DNA from: Cyanobacteria bacterium LVE1205-1
GTDB taxonomy: Bacteria > Cyanobacteriota > Cyanobacteriia > CAIUCS01
DNA: 64,000 bases
Direction: 5' to 3'
Assembly (NCBI GenBank): GCA_041879355.1
Contig: CP089922.1
Span: 864,498-928,497 of the forward strand
Position 1 is the stretch's first letter, and the number at the start of each line of letters is the position of its first letter. Both the position numbers and the translations under genes were made by a program. Below, in pieces: positions 47,573 through 56,465 of the stretch. The notes below the pieces were generated by a model that saw only the letters and a list, made by a program, of their open reading frames with translations, was not told the origin of the DNA and did not search any database.

Positions 47573-48236
47573 ATGAAAGAGAAACTTAAACTAATCCTCA
47601 GTGAACAGGGCATTTTCCCTACTATAGATAATTTTCGGCGCTTACCTCAAATAAGCAGGTGGTTAGTAAGTGGTTGCAGGGGCATCGCACCGCCGCCAGT
47701 AAAACGTATGGTGATCAAGAGCTATTTGAGAACTTACGATCTTAATTGGTTTATCGAAACTGGAACCCATTTAGGCGATACCTTAGCTGATGTGGCCTTT
47801 GATAAATCATTGCAAACAGTGAGTATTGAATTAGCTGATAACTATTACCATACTGCTCAAAAGCGCTTTGCAAACTATACCAATGTTGAGCTTTTTCATG
47901 GAGACAGTGGAACGTTAATACCCCAGGTAGTTGCTAGGTTACAAGAACCTGCACTTTTCTGGCTTGATGGACATTATAGCGGCGGAGTAACCGCTAGGGA
48001 GAGATTTAGAAACACCAGTTAGTCAGGAACTTCAGGCAATTTTAGCCTCTCCTGTGAGAGGGCATGTCATTTTAATTGATGACATACGATGCTTTGATGG
48101 TACTCACGATTATCCTTATTTAGATGACTTTTTAGCTGCTATCCGTACCGATGGTCGTTATCACATTGAGGTGTCGGCCGATATTTTGCGTATGACTCCT
48201 AACTACTCCCGGTTCACCCATTTTTGCGAGAGTTAG
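47573..48236 (+). CDS. Putative class I SAM-dependent methyltransferase-like protein, split by an indel near 48020-48055
   Basis: Two consecutive ORFs: ...FIETGTHLGDTLADVA...VELFHGDSGTLIP...LFWLDGHYSGG, then ...GHVILIDDIRCFDG. The family assignment is weak. Confidence 0.35.
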
Positions 48237-48325
48237 AAGAATTCTATTGAGGAGTAAAAGATTGACCACTAATCTGAGTATGAATAGTAGGGGGAAACCC
48301 AAGTAAAACAAGAATACGCTGCTAT

Positions 48326-50040
48326 AACCTACATTCCGCAGGTTGACAGGGAATAAAAGATGCGGGATGTTCTAAGCTAAAGGGAAGTCCTTCTAGCAGT
48401 AGGTTCCTCCCTTGCAAATCGAGAATTTAGACCATCTCGGCTTAGTGGCGGGGATGATTGATGAATTAGGTCTAGTAGAGCTGACCAACGAGCAGATTGA
48501 ACCCCACTGCCTGGAGCATGTGAGTGCAGGGCAAGTGGTGAAAGCGATGATCCTCAACGCCCTGGGCTTTCTGAGTGTGCCGTTATACCTATTCAGCGAG
48601 TTTTTTGACAGTAAGGCGGTGTCCCACCTGAATGATGACCGCTTAGGGCGGGTGTTAAATCAACTCTACGAGGCAGGCATCACCCCATTGCTCATGAAGG
48701 TGGCACTGCAAGCGGTACAGCGGTTTGGCATCAACATCGAGCAGTGCCATCTAGATTCGACCTCGATATCGGTTGAGGGGGAGTATGCCTGGGCTACAGT
48801 GACTAAACCCAAGGGGTCAGCAGAGAAGGACAGTCGTGAGGAACCGATTCCGATTGAGATTTGTCGAGGCTATTCCCGAGATCACCGACCAGATTTGAAG
48901 CAGTTCTTGCTCACCGTGTAGCGCCGATGGGGGTGTACCGCTGTGGTTCAAGGTAGCCAGTGGCAATCGCCCCGACAGTGAGGTGTTGCCCAAGTGCTGA
49001 AAAACTTTAGCGAGCAGTGGACTCAGGAGGGAGTGTTTGTGATGGATGCTGCCTTTTACACTCAGCCAAACCTACAGCAGGTGGGGAGTCTGGGGTGGCT
49101 ATCGCGGGTACCCCTGACCCTAAAGGCAGCTCAAGCACTGGTTCAGAGCGAGGTGAGTCTGCTGTCAGAGGTCACTTGCGACTCATTGGATTATCGGATG
49201 TGGGAAGTCGAACCTATGGCGAGGTAGCCCAGCGTTGGGTGTTAATCGAAAGTCAGCACCGCAAAGCCAATGATGCCCTGTGGCGACTGGAAGTAGAGAA
49301 GCTAGAAAGTCGGCTCAATGGGCAGCTCAAGGCTCTCACCCAGACAGTGTTTGCCTGCAAACCCGATGCCTTGGACGCGGTGATGGCGTTTCAAGATAGC
49401 TTGGAGCTCCATCAATTGACCCACATTAGCCAACCCAGTCCTGTCCAAGCGAGCCCCCGGTCGTCCGTCCAAGGAGGCTGAGCCGGTCTCGGTTCAGGGC
49501 TATCAACTACAGGCAACGTTGGAGCGCAAAGCCAATACCGAAGAGACCTTTAGCCACCAGCGTAGCCACTTTATCCTGGCAACCAACCAATTGGATAAAA
49601 CGCGGTGGTCAGCGCAGAAGCTATTGCAGGAATATAAAGCTCAACAAACTGTAGAGCGAGGGTTTCGCTTCCTCAAAGACCCCCTGTTCTTTGTCAGTAG
49701 TGTGGTTGTCAAAAAGCCCCAGCGGGTCGAGGCACTGGCACTGATTATGGCTCTCACCTTGATGGTCTACACCCTGGCAGAACGCAAGCTGCGTCAGACC
49801 CTCGAAGACCAAAACCAGACGGTGTGCGACCAACGCAAACAGCCTACTGCTAAGCCCACCTTTCGTTGGATTATGCAAAAGTTTCAGGGTATTCACTGGA
49901 TCAACCTGGAGGGACAGCACCAGATCAGCAACCTGAGCGATGAGCGACGACTGATTATTCGCCTATTGGGACCACCAGTTGAGCGGTATTACTACGCATC
50001 TGGTTAATCATTTATCAATCTGCGGAATGTAGGTTAAAAC
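48326..50040 (+). mobile_element. IS1634-family element (about 1.7 kb) with 23 bp terminal IRs AACCTACATTCCGCAG(G/A)TTGA and a 5 bp TSD ACGCT. The transposase is split into 3 ORFs.
   Basis: A DUF4277-like N-terminus (MQIENLDHLGLVAGMIDELGLVE...HVSAGQVVKAMILNALGFLS..LYLF.EFF), ...RGYSRDHRPDLKQ, and the C-terminal DDE region. ACGCT is found at 48321-48325 and 50041-50045. Confidence 0.75.
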
Positions 50041-50067
50041 GCTAGTTTAGAAGATCTATATGGCGTT

Positions 50068-51125
50068 GTTGCATGAATAGGGTGTCACGAACGGGGTAGG
50101 TATAGCGTAAAGTTGAAGTACCATCTAAAACCTGACACCTATGCCGTACCGAGTCCGCAACTGGTCTGATTATAACGCTGGTCTGAAGGAGCGCGGCAGT
50201 CTCACCCTATGGTTGAGCAAAGATGCCCTTGAGCAATGGGTAATGAACACCGCGACGGGTCGGCGAGGAGCCTCTCAACTCTACAGTGACACGGCGATTG
50301 CGACTGTAGCGACCCTCAAGAGCGTATTCCATCTGGCTGGGCGTTAAGCCCAGGGATTTGTCGAATCGGTGTTTCAGTTGATGAATATCCCCTTACCCGT
50401 GCCCGACCACAGTACGGTATCGCGTCGATTGTCCGCCTTATCGGTCTCTATACCGGTTCAACCGCAGAGCAGGGCTCGGCATGTTGTGGTGGATTCTACG
50501 GGGGTAAAAGTGTATGGAGAGGGGGAATGGAAAGCCCGACAACATGGGGTGGGCAAACGGCGCACCTGGCGTAAGCTGCACCTCGGTATCGATGAGTCCA
50601 CTGGCGAGAGTATGGTCGCTGAAGTCACCACCAATGACTTTCACGACAGCGAGATATTGCCCAGTTTGCTAGAGGGCATTGCTGGTGAGATGGCTCAAGT
50701 TTCGGGCGATGGAGCCTATGACACCTTCGCCTGTCATGAAGCCATTGCCCAGCGGGGAGCAGCCGCCACTATTCCGCCTCGCCATGATGCCCGCCCCACA
50801 CTCAGCATGGAGTACCTAACCCGACCCACCCCAGGGACTAAATCTTGCAACGTATTGAGCAGGTGGATCGTGCGGACTGGAGGCAAGAGAGCGGCTATCA
50901 CCGTCGGTCTCTTGCTGAAACCACTATGTTTCGTCTCAAGGTCACCTTTGGGGGGCGCGTCCGATTCGCGGAGTTTTGACAACCAGGCTGTCGAGCTCTT
51001 CTTGCAGTGTGCGGCGCTGAATCGTATGATTCAAGTGGCTAAGCCTGATAGCTATCCGGTTGAAGCTTAACTTACTGACCTTAACGGCGAAACCCCTGAC
51101 CCTGGATTATTCATGCAACAAAGCC
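50068..51125 (+). mobile_element. IS5-family element copy 2, full length (IRL GGCGTTGTTGCATGAATA / IRR GGCTTTGTTGCATGAATA). The transposase has one frameshift at about 50345-50370.
   Basis: ORFs 50141..50347 and 50369..51070 together give a roughly 310 aa DDE transposase. The 18 bp imperfect IRs are at both ends. Confidence 0.8.
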
Positions 51126-51185
51126 TATCTTCATGACCCTTCTGTCCTGTTCTCTTCATGATTCATACTTTATCCTGCAACGCCC
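51126..51185 (+). mobile_element. 60 bp terminal remnant of an IS1-family element (identical to the reverse complement of 46125..46185)
   Basis: TATCTTCATGACCCTTCTGTCCTGTTCTCTTCATGATTCATACTTTATCCTGCAACGCCC is shared with the IS1 copy at 46125. Confidence 0.65.
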
Positions 51186-51377
51186 GGCGTTCATTTGGTT
51201 AATCAGTCGATTTTGCAGAGCATTCATTCCCGAAGAACAGCAATTTTGCCATCCATTTACAAAAACAATATAAGGACGTGATGATTGCACTGCTGCTGGT
51301 CTTGTTAACAACGCTGTTCCAAGCAATGAAGTGAACATTACCGAACTAACCTTGGTCAGTATCTTACCTAATTTCAT
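51186..51377 (-). CDS. Integron cassette 2 ORF, 3'-truncated by an IS1 remnant: a signal peptide plus a possible alpha/beta-hydrolase (lipase-like) start
   Basis: MKLGKILTKVSSVMFTSLLGTALLTRPAAVQS|SRPYIVFVNGWQNCC.... The last 9 codons of the listed ORF (51156..51185) come from the IS1 IR. Confidence 0.4.
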
Positions 51378-51501
51378 TCAGTTACCTACTACTTATAACT
51401 TTTCCAAACAATTTTCGGCGAATCAGTTTAAATACTGCTTTACCCTTTGACTTTTACATCCAGCAGATGAATTCTAACTGCACCTTGATAAAAAGCTAGC
51501 G

Positions 51502-51588
51502 GTCTAACGTTCCCGCTCACCGGACGTAGATGAATTTGGCAACCAACTGACTGCTTAAATACGTTCCGGTGCAGCGGGCTTGTTAGAC
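51502..51588 (-). other. Integron attC recombination site (87 bp): inverse core GTCTAAC, imperfect palindrome with 2 extrahelical bases, core GTTAGAC
   Basis: GTCTAAC-G-TTCCCGCTCACCGGACGT...(loop)...ACGTTCCGGTGCAGCGGG-CTT-GTTAGAC. The arms pair except for a bulged T and a bulged C on the plus strand. It lies 24 bp downstream of the cassette 1 stop. Confidence 0.7.
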
Positions 51589-51612
51589 TGCTGTCGCGAC
51601 TACACACCCTGA

Positions 51613-52935
51613 TTACTCCTCAGGATCTCTTGAAAATCTGTATTGCTGGATAGGCAAGTTATCTCGGCGTTCAGGTAATCTTTCCAAGGGACTAATGAAA
51701 AGCCTAGATCTCGATTCTTCTATAATACGAACCCCACCTTGATTTCTAACAAAGCTCTGAAATTCCTGTAAATTCTGAATTCCAACTCCCAATTGCAGCG
51801 AAAAATCAAGAGTCTTTGCAGATGGATCAAAAGCTTCACCCATAGCAAGATTTCTAAACCAACGAAGCTTTAAGTTTTCACTTAAAGTAGCAGGAGGAAT
51901 CATAGGAGATGATGCTGGTATCTGGGCTGTTAAATGGCAGCTAAGACAAGAGGAAACGGGATTATCTACTGGGCCGTTCCCTCGTCCAGCCCAGCCTAGA
52001 GTTTTTGGAGGATTAATCCCAGCAGGTGGATTAGAGCGATATTTTACAATTGGTGCATCAGAGTCAATCCATGATTCCTTGGGACGTTGCCCTGTATCAT
52101 ACATTGACTGTGTTAAGTCTGGATCATTACCCCACATCAGAGTTAGTGGACGAACCCTTTTCCAAGGTGAGTCAGCCTGCACACTTGAATCATACTGAAA
52201 GGTTCCAAATACCCATCCACTAGCTTTAGAACGCCCATCGCGTACTGCAACATCAATCTGTAATAATCTAACTTTAGTAGCTTGAATAGTATCTACATTT
52301 CCACTTCTATCAATGTCTGCAACCCACTCAGGAGAGCCGTCAAGGTAAGGAACCTCTGAAACAGGTGCGGTGGTGAATAACAATTTATAGGAAACTGTAC
52401 CCTCTGGGAATTTTGCTTTCTCAACATCTGGCTTATCAGGCTTAGACCACACTTGCCCAAGAGTAAATCCTCCAGCACTGTTGTAAAAACCGATTGCATA
52501 ATTTCTATACTGCTGGCTTTGCTGTGGAGATAGCTCAAATGGTCTTGAGCTACGCTCACGTGTTAATCCATGAACAAATTCACGACCATTATTCCCCCAA
52601 TGCAACCAAGGCGCGTGAAACCATTTGCGAACAGTGTTTTTTTGAACCGCAAAATCATTTTCTAAACTACCTTCATAGCTGTAGTTCAAGACAGCCATTA
52701 AATACTCACGAGGGGAAGTTCGGAAATCAATGTTCATCCAGGGAGCATTTTCAGCTTCGGGTTTTTGTTGAGGGTAATCCTGGCTTAAGACAAACTTGCT
52801 TTCACTCCAGTTAGATGGGGGACTATATCCAATATCTGGGAATGTTGCAGCTAGTACTTGATTCAAAAACAACGATTGTATAAATACAAGTATTGCAACT
52901 GTGAGAAAGCATTTCTTTATCTTCTCAATGAACAT
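51613..52935 (-). CDS. Integron cassette 1 ORF: a 440 aa secreted protein of unknown family with a single CXXCH motif
   Basis: A Sec signal peptide (MFIEKIKKCFLTVAILVFIQSLFLNQVLA|AT), no recognisable domain, and ...NPVSSCLSCHLTAQ near the C-terminus. It is bounded by the attI R box (53014-53020) and the attC. Confidence 0.7.
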   Translation of the reverse strand: MFIEKIKKCFLTVAILVFIQSLFLNQVLAATFPDIGYSPPSNWSESKFVLSQDYPQQKPEAENAPWMNIDFRTSPREYLMAVLNYSYEGSLENDFAVQKNTVRKWFHAPWLHWGNNGREFVHGLTRERSSRPFELSPQQSQQYRNYAIGFYNSAGGFTLGQVWSKPDKPDVEKAKFPEGTVSYKLLFTTAPVSEVPYLDGSPEWVADIDRSGNVDTIQATKVRLLQIDVAVRDGRSKASGWVFGTFQYDSSVQADSPWKRVRPLTLMWGNDPDLTQSMYDTGQRPKESWIDSDAPIVKYRSNPPAGINPPKTLGWAGRGNGPVDNPVSSCLSCHLTAQIPASSPMIPPATLSENLKLRWFRNLAMGEAFDPSAKTLDFSLQLGVGIQNLQEFQSFVRNQGGVRIIEESRSRLFISPLERLPERRDNLPIQQYRFSRDPEE

Positions 52936-53013
52936 TGAAACACCTAGTTTTATTTTGAGTACTTTACCGTCGAGCCAGAATCATGAAGAAAACACTGCCT
53001 AGAATTTGAAGCA

Positions 53014-53200
53014 GTCTAACTATGTATTAGACAGAAACTTTCTGTCTAATCTGACTATAGGCGATTTAGCCCGAAAGTCAAATTTCTGCCTAATCACCCT
53101 ATATGTCATGTTATACGGAAACTTTCTGACTAAATACCCCATACGTTATGTTATGAAGAATCTTTCTGAATAATCATCCAAATAGCGTGTTAGCCCGACT
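53014..53200 (-). other. Putative attI: a simple site (L box GTCTAAT, 5 bp spacer, R box GTTAGAC on the minus strand) plus four tandem degenerate 40 bp direct repeats between it and intI
   Basis: Plus strand 53014-53032 is GTCTAACTATGTATTAGAC. Repeats GAAACTTTCTGTCTAAT (53034), AAATTTCTGCCTAAT (53080), GAAACTTTCTGACTAAA (53118) and AATCTTTCTGAATAAT (53159) alternate with related 20 bp spacers. There are several GTTA-containing core-like heptamers. Confidence 0.55.
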
Positions 53201-53242
53201 AGATCAGGTATTATTTATGATAGTCACACTATTTATTTAGTT

Positions 53243-54214
53243 ATGCAGTCTGAGCCATCGCATCGAAAGCTATTAGATAGGGTACGGGATCAAGTCAGGG
53301 TTAAGCATTACTCCTATCGCACTGAAGAGACTTATGTACAGTGGATTCGGCGATTTATCTTGTTTCACAACAAGCGGCATCCTAGCGAGATGGATGGCGA
53401 TGAAGTGAATGCCTTTTTGACCCACTTGGCGGTGCATGAAAATGTGGCAGCATCAACCCAAAACCAAGCTCTATGCGCCATTTTGTTTTTATATCGTGAG
53501 GTATTGCAGCAAGAGCTAAACCTCAATCTGGACACAGTGAGAGCAAAGCGTCCCCATTACTTGCCAACGGTCTTGACTGTTGAAGAAACTTTAGAAATCT
53601 TAAAAAATCTTACGGGTGTTTATCAGATTGTTGCCAAGTTGCTTTATGGTTCGGGATTACGCCTCAATGAAGCATTGTCCCTACGGGTTAAGGATCTTGA
53701 TTTTGCCCAACAGCAGATTATTGTCAGAGATAGTAAGGGGATGGAAAGTCGTGTAACAATGCTGCCCAAAAATGTTGTTGAGCAACTTAAAGAACATTTA
53801 CAACAGGTAAAGCGTACACATCAACAGGATCTAGATAGAGGTTATGGGGAGACGCTGTTACCCTTTGCTTTACAGAAAAAATATCCTAACGCCGCCAAAG
53901 AATGGATTTGGCAATATGTATTTCCTGCGGGTCGCATTGCCAAAGATCCGCGTAGTGAATTGATGTGTCGCTATCATCTTCATGAAAGCGGAATGCAAAA
54001 ATCGCTGAAGCAAGCCGTGAGAATTGCCAAGATCGAAAAACGGATCGGATGTCATACCTTTCGCCATAGTTTCGCTACACATTTATTGCAAAATGGCTAT
54101 GATATCCGCACGGTGCAAGAGTTATTGGGACATAAAGATGTAAAGACAACGATGATTTATACCCATATGCTGAATCGGGGTGGAAAGGGTGTGATTAGTC
54201 CGCTTGATCGCTAG
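53243..54214 (+). CDS. intI: Integron integrase
   Basis: 323 aa tyrosine recombinase with catalytic R ([15 protein letters not shown]), H-x-x-R ([13 protein letters not shown]) and Y (MIYTHML). It has the IntI-specific additional domain ([20 protein letters not shown]) and an IntI-type C-terminus ([28 protein letters not shown]). Confidence 0.93.
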   Translation: MQSEPSHRKLLDRVRDQVRVKHYSYRTEETYVQWIRRFILFHNKRHPSEMDGDEVNAFLTHLAVHENVAASTQNQALCAILFLYREVLQQELNLNLDTVRAKRPHYLPTVLTVEETLEILKNLTGVYQIVAKLLYGSGLRLNEALSLRVKDLDFAQQQIIVRDSKGMESRVTMLPKNVVEQLKEHLQQVKRTHQQDLDRGYGETLLPFALQKKYPNAAKEWIWQYVFPAGRIAKDPRSELMCRYHLHESGMQKSLKQAVRIAKIEKRIGCHTFRHSFATHLLQNGYDIRTVQELLGHKDVKTTMIYTHMLNRGGKGVISPLDR

Positions 54215-54254
54215 ATGGAATACAGCAAAGCAAGGCTTGCTATATATTTGAACA

Positions 54255-54365
54255 ATGGCAAAAGCAAAAAGTCGATATGTATGTAATGACTGTGGTGAAG
54301 ACTTTCCACAGATGTATGGCAAATGTCCTACTTGCTCTAGTTGGGGAACCTTGCAAGAGGAAATA
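54255..54365 (+). pseudogene. radA: 5' fragment (first roughly 37 codons) of DNA repair protein RadA/Sms. The rest of the gene is absent from the window.
   Basis: MAKAKSRYVCNDCGEDFPQMYGKCPTCSSWGTLQEEI is the RadA C4 zinc-finger N-terminus. After residue 37 the ORF reads unrelated sequence. Confidence 0.7.
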
Positions 54366-54599
54366 ATTCCTGTCATGTCCACAAGTACCAATGCGATCGC
54401 ATTAAGCTATAGCAAACCCTGTATACTCGCGTATCTTAGGATAACGAAAGCCAAGTACTATATCCTCTTTGGGAATACCTGCTTCCACTAAATCAGGGGT
54501 AGTCCTTACCCCAAAATCATTACCTTCTTGCCACTACCATAAACGAATTGGGTAAAAAACAACCCTGCCATGATTTACGTCAGTGTGAATTGGATCAAT

Positions 54600-55847
54600 T
54601 CATTTATTTTCCTTGCGACGACGTTGAAGAAATTCAGGAATATCTAATCCGGGGGACGGTGGAGGAGATGGAGTGGGCTTAGACTCATTGGGTGGAACGG
54701 GAAGTTGGGATGGGAAGGATTTGTCTCCTCTCCAGGGGGTTGAAGGGGGTGAAGTACCGAAAGACTGGGATATATCAGCGGCAACTTCTGGCATAAAGCC
54801 AGTGGCAATTACAGTAATGCGGACTTCTCCCTGGATACGGTCATCAATCACAGCCCCAAAAATGATATTTGCATTAGGATCAACGACATCGTAAATTGCT
54901 TCCGCCGCCGCATTAACTTCGTATAACGTTAAATCGTGTCCACCCGTGATGTTAAAGACTACCCCCCGGGCTCCATCGATAGAGGTTGCCAACAATGGAG
55001 AGGCGATCGCTGCTGCTGCTGCCTCTCTTGCCCTAGACTTGCCAGAACCAACTCCAATACCCATCAAGGCGGAGCCTGCGTCAGCCATCACTGCCCTAAC
55101 ATCAGCAAAGTCAACATTAACTAATCCGGGGATGGTAATAATATCTGTAATACCTTGTACACCCTGACGCAAAACATCATCAGCGAAACGAAACGCTTCA
55201 TGCACCGGAGTTTGTTCGGAAACAGCAGACAAAAGCTTATCATTAGGAATGACAATTAAAGTATCCACATTGGCTTGTAAGGCAGCGATTCCTTCCTCAG
55301 CCTGATTAGTTCGCCGCCGTCCTTCAAAGGCAAACGGTCTGGTTACCACACCCACCGTAAGGGCACCAGCTTCTTTTGCCATTTCAGCGACAATGGGCGC
55401 TGCACCAGTGCCGGTTCCTCCTCCCATGCCAGCGGTAATAAATACCAAATCTGCATGTTCGATGGAAGCGGAAATATCATCCCTGGATTCTTCTGCGGCT
55501 TTGGCACCAATGGCTGGGTTACCACCAGCCCCCAAACCCCGAGTTAATTTTTGCCCCATTTGCAATCGCTGGGGGGCAGCAGACTGCAAGAGAGCCTGAG
55601 CATCAGTATTCATTGCCCAGAACTCAACCCCTGTAACTTCACTGGCAATCATGCGGTTGACTGCATTACTTCCGCCTCCACCCACACCAATTACTTTAAT
55701 GCGAGCGATACTACTGGGTATGATATTGTCTATTTTCATTTTTTCCCCTGGAGAACTATTCATACCCGGGAATGGAATGTACTCATGAGCTTTGTCAGTG
55801 TGAGATCCAGAGTGGTTAAATGGGTTAGAAGTGATCATTGTCAGCAA
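54600..55847 (-). CDS. ftsZ: Cell division GTPase FtsZ
   Basis: [17 protein letters not shown], the tubulin signature GGGTGTG, and NTDAQAL, in 415 aa. Confidence 0.95.
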   Translation of the reverse strand: MLTMITSNPFNHSGSHTDKAHEYIPFPGMNSSPGEKMKIDNIIPSSIARIKVIGVGGGGSNAVNRMIASEVTGVEFWAMNTDAQALLQSAAPQRLQMGQKLTRGLGAGGNPAIGAKAAEESRDDISASIEHADLVFITAGMGGGTGTGAAPIVAEMAKEAGALTVGVVTRPFAFEGRRRTNQAEEGIAALQANVDTLIVIPNDKLLSAVSEQTPVHEAFRFADDVLRQGVQGITDIITIPGLVNVDFADVRAVMADAGSALMGIGVGSGKSRAREAAAAAIASPLLATSIDGARGVVFNITGGHDLTLYEVNAAAEAIYDVVDPNANIIFGAVIDDRIQGEVRITVIATGFMPEVAADISQSFGTSPPSTPWRGDKSFPSQLPVPPNESKPTPSPPPSPGLDIPEFLQRRRKENK

Positions 55848-56223
55848 ACGTTAAGAAATATGAACAATAGACATTCCCAATTCATGAAAGTAATTTAACG
55901 TTATCTAATGCCCATCAAATTGATTTGTTGCCAATTTAGTAGCTGACTTTCAACGATGAATACTACAAACCAAATATAATATACTCTGTTTTGACTATTT
56001 TGAATAGAGATTATTGACAAACCCTATTAGCCCAGTAATTTACTAGGAAAGTTGTGACTACCCTGTGAAAATTAAACCCAATAATTTTATAGTCAAACTA
56101 TTATTGCATTAAGATTAATAGCAATCATAGGCGGGTACATTGAATCATTCTTTCTAAGACTGGGAAATCTATATTACCCATGGGGGGTTCCCAAGAGAGT
56201 ATCCCAATGTTGCACGTTTGCCC

Positions 56224-56339
56224 CTGGTTGACTGACAAAAGTTGTACGCCCTCACCCCCAACCCCTCTCCCAAGGGGCGAGGGGAGCCGATCCACCCCTC
56301 CGGCTCCCTCTCCCATCGGGAGAGGGCTAGGGTGAGGGC
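56224..56339. mobile_element. MITE-like element, copy 5, truncated (right TIR arm missing)
   Basis: CTGGTTGACTGACAAAAGTTGTACGCCCTCACCC...GGGTGAGGGC then unrelated sequence. Confidence 0.65.
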
Positions 56340-56465
56340 GGCAAAAATGGGATGCACCCGGTTCCCAAATCAAAATTGTTGTCAACATCCATCCCTTGCC
56401 GACAGGAATCTTAACCGTGTAAAGTGATAAGTTAAATTGGTTTTATTGAGCATTTAGGACGATGA

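Noticed and set aside
50041-50068. Similarity between AGTTAGAAGAATTCTAT (48232) and AGTTTAGAAGATCTATAT (50046), considered as a TSD pair or IS ends
   Set aside because: The IS1634 IRs and the ACGCT TSD lie inside these positions and already explain the boundaries. The resemblance is partial (about 13/17) and probably chance.
53014-53032. GTCTAAC-TATGTA-TTAGAC looked like a miniature attC
   Set aside because: It is far too short for an attC (at least 55 bp needed). It fits the L/R inverted simple site of an attI instead, given its position next to intI.
54255-54491. ORF 54255..54491 as an intact 78 aa gene
   Set aside because: Only the first 37 aa are RadA. The remainder is read-through into unrelated DNA, so it is treated as a radA fragment.
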